DNA from: Octopus vulgaris
Lineage: Eukaryota
Reading direction: 5' to 3'
Assembly: GCA_951406725.2 (NCBI GenBank)
Contig: OX597832.1
Location: 47,430,001-47,494,000 of the forward strand
Length of the DNA stretch: 64,000 nucleotides
Every line of letters starts with the position of its first letter. Within the stretch, counting starts at the first letter, position 1. The notes beneath the pieces were generated by a model, which was not told the DNA's origin, searched no databases, and saw nothing but the letters and a program-made list of their open reading frames with translations. Made by a program: the position numbers and the translations under genes. Below, in pieces: positions 54,072-64,000 of the stretch.

Positions 54072-54571
54072 TTTTATATATATATATATACATACATATA
54101 TATATACATACATACATATTTACACACACACTCAAACACACACACACGTAAGCCCGTGTGTATATGCTTATATATTTTTGAAAACACGCACGTGACATAT
54201 ATGGATGTGCGTGTGTAAACGTTCTGGATTAATACTTTTGGAGTACAATTTTTCTATGAAACGAAGCATCACTGGAGAGAACCCACTGACAATGACACAA
54301 CACGTAAGTTACGGTTATATATATATATATATATGAATATCAGGGGGGGGGGGTATATTCCGGGTGCCGCGGCACACCGCTTGTGGAGGACTGTCCTAGA
54401 CATCCATGCTTGTTTTCAGACTTTTAGTTAACATTAGTCTCATACGTTGAGTTATGTAAGGCCTTCCATTCATATGTTCCAAGTTACTCTGGTGGTTGAA
54501 AAAATTGTGAATGCATATCAGATATGATGCATTGAAGTTAGAGAAATATGTCCTGAATATCACATGGAATA

Positions 54572-54802
54572 AGGCGGCGAGCTGGCAGAAACGTTAGCAC
54601 GCTGGGCGAAATGCGTAGCCGTATTTCGTTTGTCGTTACGTTCTGAGTTCAAATTCCGCCGAGGTCGACTTTGCCTTTCATCCTTTCGGGGTCGATAAAT
54701 AAAGTACCAGTTACGCACTGGGGTCGATGTAATCGACTTAATCCGTTTGTCTGTCCTTGTTTGTCCCCTCTATGTTTAACCCCTTGTGGGCAATAAAGAA
54801 AT
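54572..54802 (+). mobile_element. SINE family A, monomer
   Basis: Sequence identity to other A copies. Confidence 0.92.
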
Positions 54803-54887
54803 ATATATACAGGACAGGCAACGGGTTAAGCTCATAAAGACTACCATAATAAATATTTTCTTTAAGCTGCTCCGAAATCTCAAAGTA

Positions 54888-55196
54888 GTGGAGACACATG
54901 GCCTAGTGGTTAGTATAGCGGACTCGCGATCGAGGGATCGCAGGTTCGAGTCTCAGACCGAGCGATGCGTATGTTTATGAGCGAAACACCTAAGCTTCAC
55001 GCGGCTCCAGCTGAAGATAATGGCAAACTTCTGCTGACTCTTTCACCACAGCTTTCTCTCACTCTTTCCTCTTGCATCTAGCAGCTCACCTGTGACGGAC
55101 CAGCATTCCGTCCAAATGGGGAACCTATACGCCAACGAAACCGGGAAACCGGCCCTCAATGAGCCAGGCATGGCTCGAGAAGTAACAAACAAGAAC
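54888..55196 (+). mobile_element. SINE family C, tail type ii
   Basis: Homolog of 4497-4795. Confidence 0.85.
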
Positions 55197-55315
55197 ATAT
55201 TCCGGGTATGCTGGGTGTGTGCTGCACACCCATCAAAAATGGCAAATTTAATATTAATATTAACCTTATTCATTAATCTAATTACAAATCATAATGGAAA
55301 ACTTTCGTTATACCT

Positions 55316-55547
55316 ATTTCTTTACTACCCACAAGGGGCTAAGCACAGAGGGGACAAACAAGGACAGAAAAACGGATTAAGTCGATTACATCGACCCCAG
55401 TGCGAAACTGGTACTTTATTTATCGACTCCGGAAGGATGAAAGGCAAAGTCGACCTCGGCGGAATTTGAACTCAGAACGTAACGGCAGACGAAATACGGC
55501 TACGCATTTCGCCCGGCGCGCTAACGATTCTGCCAGCTCACCGCCTT
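55316..55547 (-). mobile_element. SINE family A, monomer
   Basis: 15-bp TSD ACTTTCGTTATACCT. Confidence 0.92.
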
Positions 55548-55922
55548 GACTTTCGTTATACCTCTGCTTGGAACATGGTGGCGGGTGTCCTGATATAACA
55601 CTGCACACCTCACAACACATTGTATCATAATGTGGTTCCGGGCGTATCGTAGGATAATGGGAGAATGGGAAAAAATTAACGTTGAAAGGGGTGCCACAGC
55701 TTTGACTGTATGGTCGCATGTTCATTTTCGCGGCGAGAAGTTGTACGTTTAAGGTAATTTAAAATTCTTAATCCAAAAGTAATGTTAGTCACAGTATGGT
55801 CAGTGTCGCAGCACACCCAATAACAACAGCTACCGCACGCCACTGAGGTATATATATTTATTCCACATCATATAATGTGTATATAATGTAACAATGTATA
55901 GCCTGCGTCTATAAATACATAT

Positions 55923-56152
55923 TACTCTTTACTCTTTTACTTGTTTCAGTCATTTAACTGCGGCCATGCTGGAGCACCGCCTTTAGTCGAACAAATCGAC
56001 CCCGGGACTTATTCTTTGTAAGCCTAGTACTTATTCTATCGGTCTCTTTTGTCAAACCGCAAAGTTACGGGAACGTAAACACACCAGTATCGGTTGTCAA
56101 GCAATGCTAGGGGGACAAACACAGACACACACACACAAACAAACACACACAT

Positions 56153-56201
<49 letters not shown>

Positions 56202-56366
56202 TACGACAGGCTTCTTTCAGTTTCCGTCTACCAAATCCACTCACAAGGCATTGGTTGGCCCGGGGCTATAGCAGAAGACACTTGCCCAAGATGCCACGCA
56301 GTGAGACTGAACTCGGAACCATGTGGTTGGTTAGCAAGCTACTTACCACACAGCCACTCCTGCGCC
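55923..56366 (-). mobile_element. SINE family B
   Basis: Full-length copy. Confidence 0.92.
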
Positions 56367-56524
56367 ATATATACTATACATTTTTTTTTATATTAACGGA
56401 TATAATATGTATTTTATAAACAAACATTCTTGGATTTTAGTGACATACAGACACGTTTGTCCTGTTTCGCGTTCTTGTTTTAATGTTCTTTTCTTCTGGT
56501 TTATTGCGGGCCATAATCGATTAC

Positions 56525-56600
<76 letters not shown>

Positions 56601-56615
56601 GTTCCATATGTTACA

Positions 56616-57022
56616 TCTTTATATATAAAAGTGAGGTTGTGTGAGTGTCTGTCTCCTACGATTTAGATTCCTAACTACTCCCACATTTTGCGGTGCAGTT
56701 TAACCAAAACCGGGTATCTTATAGTCGTGATTCATATCGAGCCCTTCTGGGTATTAGCGCGCGTCTACGATGAGTCTACGGTTTAAAAAAAAATTTACCA
56801 TCAATTTTTCCCATTTTTAATGCATTTTTGGCATATATAAGGGAAGTAACTCTCTAAAAATCTATTATCAAATCTCAGAACGTAAAAAGCTACAGTAACA
56901 CCCCACCTCTTTGTGGTTAGCCATATTGAGATGGGTAGATGGGTATTATACTTTACATCTCTAAAAATGCTTATATAGTTATTTCCCTTACAAACCCGAG
57001 CAACGCCGGGCGATACTGCTAG
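56616..57022 (+). mobile_element. Non-autonomous Helitron
   Basis: A|TC...hairpin...CTAG|T. Confidence 0.85.
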
Positions 57023-57278
57023 TAGAATATAACATATAATGCAATATCATTACCATTCTAAATATACCTGAGGCACGTTGGAACTGAGCAACGAGTCATT
57101 CCTGTTGTTATTTCATTCAATGGCTTTTACCTCGGTTCGAACATGCCTCAAGCATATTGACACTGATAATAACATTGCATTTATGCTTATCACATATGAC
57201 TGCTACTTTATTTATCGACCCCGTAGAAGACCAAAATTAAATTAGAGCTCAGAACGGAGAGGAAGGTAGCCATATACC

Positions 57279-57696
57279 TATTTCTTTATTACCCACAAGG
57301 AGCTACACAGTGAGGGGGACAAACAAGGACAGACAGACGGATCAAGTCGATTACATCGACCCCAGTGCGTAACTGGTACTTAATTTATCGACCCCGAAAG
57401 GATGAAAAGCAAAGTCGACCTCGGCGTAATTTGAACTCAGAACGTAAAGACAGACGAAATACCTATTTCTTTATTACCCACAAGGGGCTAAACACAGAGG
57501 GGACAAACAAGGACAGACATAGGTATTAAGTCAATTACATTGACCCCAGTGCGTAACTGGTACTTAATTTATCGACCCCCGAAAGGATGAAAGGCAAAGT
57601 CGACCTCGGCGGTATTTGAACTCACAACGTAACGCAGACGAAATACCGTTAGGCATTTCGCCCGGCGTGCTAACGTTTCTGCCAGCTCGCCGCCTT
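57279..57696 (-). mobile_element. SINE family A, dimeric
   Basis: Flanking repeat AAGGTAGCCA(T/A)ATACC. Confidence 0.9.
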
Positions 57697-57944
57697 AAGG
57701 TAGCCAAATACCACAAGTTATTTCATCAGACGCTCAATCGATTTCTGTCATCCACTATCCGCATCTATTTATATGCATGTATTTGTGTGCGTCTGCTCGC
57801 GCGTATGTGTACGCCTATGGATGTGTTTTGGGTTTATGAGCTCCACTGATTAACTTTTGATAATTTGCCCGTAAAAATCTCTTATTGTTTGTCATTGTTT
57901 TGTTTCGTTTGTTATTGCTGTTGTTGCTGTTGCTGCTGCTGCTA

Positions 57945-57977
<33 letters not shown>

Positions 57978-58061
57978 CTGCTGCTGCTGCTGTTATTTTT
58001 ATTTCATTCAATGGGTCTTCGTTGAAATCAAAGAACGTCCATCGATAAATAGCTGACCATG

Positions 58062-58292
58062 AGGCGGCGAGCTGGCAGAACCGTTAGCACGCGGGGCGAA
58101 ATGCTCAGCAGTATTTCGTCTGCCGCTACGTTCTTAGTTCAAATTCCGCCGAGGTCAATTTTGCCTTTCATCCTGTCGGGGTCGATTAAATAAGTACCAG
58201 TTACGCACTGGGGTCGATATAATCGACTTAATCCGTTTGTCTGTCCTTGTTAGTCCCTTCTGTATTTAGCCCCTTGTGGGTAGTAAAGAAAT
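58062..58292 (+). mobile_element. SINE family A, monomer
   Basis: 17-bp TSD GATAAATAGCTGACCAT. Confidence 0.93.
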
Positions 58293-58585
58293 TGATAAAT
58301 AGCTGACCATACATTTGCACGTGTATGTGCACGCCTGCGTAAAATTTTTTCAGGAAGACTTACTGTTGCTTGGCCATGCATGCAGGTCTCCTCTTTTCCA
58401 CGCCAAATTAGGCCGATACAGACTGGTACGCAGATGTTGCTGTCCGAGCGCAAAGAACCCTAGATCTATAGTTCCCAACCATTGCTTAACCTATGGGCCC
58501 CTTTGATTTCTATTTTACTCAGGTAGACCCTCATAGACATTCGATGTTTTAAGAAATCCCATTATATTTTTATTATTAAATATTA

Positions 58586-58980
58586 CTAGCAGTATAGCCC
58601 GGCGTTGCTCGGGTTTATTTTCTTTTCGACCCTTTACAATTGGAATTTTTTAAAAGTAAACTTTTGCATTATGTAGCTTGTTATTCTCTTTAAGTGAACA
58701 TTTTTCTGGTTGAAATACACCAAAAAATGGCGACACAGCAGTAAAAATATCGTAAAAAATAGGGATTTTCATAGTAAAAAACCACCTATTTGATGTAAAT
58801 AATTTTTGATCTTAACATGGTCCGATTTGAATTTATCTTCAACGAAATGAAGAGCAAGTCTTCTTCTATCATACTCTCAATTTTGGTTAACTTGCGCCGC
58901 AGGGTCTCGGAGGATATAGTGTTAGTTGAAGGCTTCCAAAACTGCCTCACACACACAGACTTCAGCTTTATATATAAAGA
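58586..58980 (-). mobile_element. Non-autonomous Helitron, same termini but different interior
   Basis: Reverse of TCTTTATATATAAA...CCCGAGCAACGCCGGG..TACTGCTAG. Confidence 0.8.
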
Positions 58981-59388
58981 TTAGGAATTGTATTTAAAAA
59001 AAACTTATTAAAATGTTTCGTGTATTGTAGAAGTATAACCAAATTATTACACATAAATTTTAACAACAAAATCTTTTATGGACTCCTCATCCCAAAGAGC
59101 CATATAGAGCTCTATTTAATATTTCTTAGCAACGACGAAAGGAAGAAGAACAAAAGCTGACCTCGGCAGGATTCGAACTCAGAGCGCAGATGTTCGGAAC
59201 AAATACCACGATGCATTCTCTTCAACATTCTAAGGTCGGCTGCCACGCGTCTTCACTATACTTATGAAATAAGTGAGCAAATGAGTAAGCTCCTCATCGA
59301 TCACTGTCCCGCTAGAAATAGCAACCGAATCTCCCTTGAATTACACATCATTTTCTCCTATTAATTACTACAATGTAGGCCTAGATAT

Positions 59389-59800
59389 CTATTTCTTTAC
59401 TACCCACAAGGGGCTAAACACAGAGAGGACAAACAAGGACAGACAGATTAAGTCGATTACATCGACCCCAGTGCGAAACTGGTACTTTATTTATCGGCCC
59501 CGAAAGGATGAAAGGCAAAGTCGACCTCGCGGGATTTGAACTTAGAACGTAGCGGCAGACGAAATACCTATTTATTTACTACCCACAAGGGGCTAAACAC
59601 AGAGAAGACAAACAAGGACAGACAAACGGATTAAGTCGATTATATCGACTCCAGTGCGTAACTGGTACCTATTTTATCGACCCCGAAAGGATAAAAGGCA
59701 AAGTCGACCTCGGCAGAATTTGAACTCGGAACGTAACGGCAGACGAAATACGGCTACACATTTCGCCCGGCGTGCTAACGTTTCTGCCAGCTCGCCGCCC
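59389..59800 (-). mobile_element. SINE family A, dimeric
   Basis: Flanking repeat ATGTAG(G/A)CCTAGATAT. Confidence 0.9.
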
Positions 59801-60495
59801 TATGTAGACCTAGATATACTAGGTCGAAAAGTGCTAACCTGGGACTAACAACAACAACAAAAGACAATTGTTTCAATAACTTTATTGCAGTTGTTGATTT
59901 TAGCCCTAGGTCAAGGCTGATCAAGCAGACTCACCTTAAGCATATACATTCCGGCCTTGACCATCCCTTGTTTTTCCAATATGCAGGAAAACTAGAAGCA
60001 CATTAATCGGTGTCCTTCCTTTCCTAAGATATGTCCAACGTCAGAAATATTTGCATTACAACCACTCCTACTATCGTAGAAAGCGAAGGACGTTGGTTAA
60101 CGTGCTTCGAGTTTTCCTGCGTGTTGGAGAAATCACGGAGGGCCCGTTGGTCTTGGATCACCACTCAAAAGCACAAGATATTTTTGAGAAAGACTAGCAG
60201 CTGCCCATGCATACCAGTCTTCTCTCTCTCCATGCCACCAATGTCTATCCAAAGGAAAAATCACTATCGATACGGTCCAAATCAGCTTGGGACCTGTGTC
60301 GTTGCAAGTGTTACTATGAGAACGCAAAAAGCCGGATAAGTAACCCAGATTGCATTTTGCTCGACTCTCGAAACCAGTTCCACTAATCCAACGCCCCATG
60401 CTGGTACATTTTTATCGGCCAGCAAAGGATACAAAGCTTACCTTGTCTAATCAAATATATATGTGCATGTCTTTTATTGTTATGATTTAACTATA

Positions 60496-60832
60496 GTGAA
60501 GGCGCATAGCTCAGTTAGAGCGTCGAGCTTACGATCGTGAGATTGTGAGCTCGAATCCCAGACCCGGGATTCGAGTTGTTGTGTTCTTGAGCAAGACACT
60601 TTATTTCACGTTGATCCAGTTCACTCAGCTGTAGAAATGAGTTACAGCGTCACAGGTGCCAAGCTGTATCGGCCATTGCCTTTCCCTTGGATAACACTGG
60701 TGGCGCGGAGAGGGGAGGACGGTGTGCATGGGTGACTGCCGGTCTTCCATAAACAACCTTGCCCGGACTTGTGCCTGGGAGGGTAAATTTCTAGATGTAA
60801 TCCCATGGTCAGTCATGACCGAAGGGGGGTCT
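60496..60832 (+). mobile_element. SINE family D
   Basis: Flanking repeat ATTTAACTATA. Confidence 0.87.
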
Positions 60833-60851
60833 CAGCATTTAACTATAAAAA

Positions 60852-61250
60852 GTCGGCGAGCAGGCAGAATAGTTACGACGCCAGACAAAACACTTAGCGG
60901 TATTTCGTCTGCCTTTAAGTTCTGAGTTCAAGTTCCGCCGAGGTCGACTTTGCCTTTCATCCTTTCGGGGTTGATAAAATAAATACCAGTTACGCACTGG
61001 GGTCTATATAATCGACTTAATCCATTTGTCTGTCCTTGTTTGTCCTCTCTGTGTTTAGCCCCTTGTGGGTAGTAAAGACATAAATATTTCGTCCACCTTT
61101 AAGTTCTGAATTCAAGTTCCGCCGAGGTCGACTTTGCCTTTCATCTGTTAGGGGTCGACAAAATAAGTACTAGTGGAACACCGGGGTTGATGTAATCAAC
61201 TAACCCCCTCTCCTAAAATTGCTGGCTTTGTGTCAAAATTTGAAACCATT
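60852..61250 (+). mobile_element. SINE family A, dimeric, second unit with an alternative tail
   Basis: Tail CCCCTCTCCTAAAATTGCTG...TGTGTCAAAATTTG also seen at about 28885-28948. Confidence 0.8.
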
Positions 61251-61921
61251 ATTTATCTGTGAAATACGATTGCCCCATTTGGAGTAATCTACGAACAAAA
61301 GAGTACTTGCCATGTCCGTCGCGTCTATTGTATTTCGACATTGTGTATTTAATAATATATTCCCTCAGGTAACTTTAAATATCACCGTCAAGAGAGTTAT
61401 TGTTGCTATTTCTAGCAGGTGGCACGAGTACTAGTAACAGGGCTCATGAATTATTCGCCCGCGGCATAATTCAGCGAGTTAATTATATTCTCTAAATATC
61501 CGTATTAAAAAAATTATTAAGCTTCAAGACGAAAACAATAACTTAATGTAAATTACCATACGACAGAGATATTTAAAGGATTATGTGCATCCAGTTAATT
61601 AATGCATTATAATACCCATCATCGTCAACCCGTGGTCTGCAGACCCCTGAGGTGTCTTCAAAAGTTATCGTCATTAGGGATCTAAGAGCTAAGATCAAAA
61701 TTTAAAGACGCTTAATGAAAAGTAAAATGTAACTCACGCACGATAAACTTTCGAAATTTTTAATTAGTTTCCACATCTACGGGAATATCCTAATTTAAAA
61801 AAAAAATGCAATTTTTCAAAATGTGATCTACACTTAAAACTCTTTGACATTGAACTTGAAATTTGGAGCATAACAGTGCAACATCAGCTTCCATAAGTAA
61901 GTGTTCTTTAGTTTAATATTA

Positions 61922-62360
61922 GGATCGTTTCAGTTTGACCGGCAGTTTTTTCTAGCGGTGTCATATGAAATTGTCACCCATAATTATGACCCTAGTATCG
62001 ATCTATTGCATTTCAATCTGTTTTAGGGTTAGGGTTAGAGTTAGGGTTAGGATTTGGGGTGGGGGGAAGGGTATCTTTTTTTCTTCACAAATGTAAATAA
62101 ACCCAATCTGTTTCTTAAACGAGGGACATTCATACGGCACAGAATGTTTTCACCTAAAATAGACGTCGTTGATTGGTTAAAATTGCAGAAATTGAAGAAA
62201 AAAAACAACAAATATCTTACAAACTATAGAATTTTCTCAATAAAGCCAAGAGAAAAAAATGTTTTATAAACACATTCTACCAGTATACGAAGTTTAAAAG
62301 TGTTTAGTTACGTGGAAATTATTTTTAAAAAAAAAACTGCCGGTCAAACCGAAAAGATCC
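61922..62360 (+). mobile_element. MITE with internal (TTAGGG)n, second copy
   Basis: Reverse-complement homolog of 41622-42062. Confidence 0.9.
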
Positions 62361-63129
62361 GATAATTTATATTTCAATTCGTGTTTCTGAAATCTTCATA
62401 CGAATGTATTAGCTACTAATGATGTTGACTCTGCTGTTGTTTTCATTATTGTTGTTCTAGTTGCTATTTTCGTGCCGATGGTTTGTTGCTATTGTTTGTT
62501 GTTATTTTTGTTGTTGCTGTTCGTGGTGAGGATGAGGTTGCTGTTGTTGTTGCTGTCGTCGTTGTTGTTGTTTCCGCCGCAGTTGTCATGTGTGTATATA
62601 TGTGCATGTGTTTATGTGCGCGTGTGTGTCTGTGTGTGAGGGAGTGTGTGTGAGAGAGTGTGTGTATGCGAGAGAGAGTGCGTGTGTGTGTGTGTGTGGG
62701 TGTGAGAGAGAGAGAGAGAGTGTGTGTGTGTGTGTGACGCATGCATTTTTGAACGGTTAAGAAACTCGTTTTCCAACAGTGAGTTTTCGCGTTAGGTCAA
62801 GCTGTCTGACATCTTGAGCAAGTACCTTCACCATAGCCTCCAGTCGCCACAAACCAAAGCCTTCTGATCGATATTGCGTAGATGAAAGCTGTGTGGAAAC
62901 CTGTAATAACACTGTTAATCAAAAGTCCAGCTTATCACACACACACACACATTGTGTCAGGCTAATTTCTACCTAAGAATTACATTACTGGTACACGTGT
63001 TTGCGAAGTATTCAACCGCAGAATCCGGGAAACCAGCTTTGATCAATACTTTGATTGCTATTTTGTTATCGATCCTGAAACGGTAAAAGGCAGTTTACAT
63101 AACCTGGATTTGAACTCAGAACGCCTTAT

Positions 63130-63445
<316 letters not shown>

Positions 63446-63555
63446 AAGGCAGTACGGACAGACTTGAAATATGCGCACACAAAAGCACACAGAAACACAA
63501 GAACATACACGCACACACAAGCACACCATGTATATGCACACATATATATGCAGAG

Positions 63556-63619
<64 letters not shown>

Positions 63620-63840
63620 GCACAAGGCATGCACATACCGTGCATACACATACAGACATATATAGGCCCACATGCATACAAAACAGGCACACGTGCACAA
63701 ACACACATACTTCTACGGAAACGGAAGCAGTAGATACACACGCACACCACACAAATATACATACACAAACACACAAGCACGCACACACGGACACAGGAAT
63801 ACACAGACGCAGAATACATACATACATACATACATACAGA

Positions 63841-63871
<31 letters not shown>

Positions 63872-64000
63872 TTACGCACGCAAGCACACGAGCCCACTGG
63901 CATGCACACACACGCACACAACAAGATCTCAGGCAGACTAACGCGGCCTCTGTAACGGACTAAGAGAAATGTAATTAAAAAGTTGCAAACAGCAAAGAAA

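Noticed and set aside
54341-55846. hAT-like MITE with GCACACC subterminal motifs and a CAGTGGCG end
   Set aside because: No matching opposite TIR or TSD found.
61914-62368. TSD for the second telomeric-repeat MITE; true telomere
   Set aside because: Flanks do not match convincingly, and the TTAGGG tract is short and internal to the MITE.

Overview
AT-rich, repeat-saturated eukaryotic DNA with no intact protein-coding gene that I can support. Its SINE repertoire and extreme microsatellite load look like an octopus (coleoid cephalopod) intergenic or intronic region; this is an inference. Nearly all supplied ORFs are microsatellite or SINE artefacts. The window holds four tRNA-derived SINE families (called A-D here), 3' fragments of CR1/L2-, RTE-, CRE- and R4-like non-LTR retrotransposons, decayed hAT and Tc1/mariner transposases, three non-autonomous Helitrons, several MITE/foldback elements and many simple-repeat arrays. 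The main unexplained layer is a set of short unique inserts, mostly inside (TA)n tracts. Many are inverted repeats, and several carry hammerhead ribozyme (HHR) motifs of the Penelope-like-element (PLE) kind. One family (three diverged copies at about 3.25-3.6 kb and 43.4-44.1 kb) contains all hammerhead core elements in a scrambled, doubly pseudoknotted order, with apparent base-pair covariation. This is the best candidate for an undescribed system. All alignments and folds were done by eye, and boundaries are approximate.
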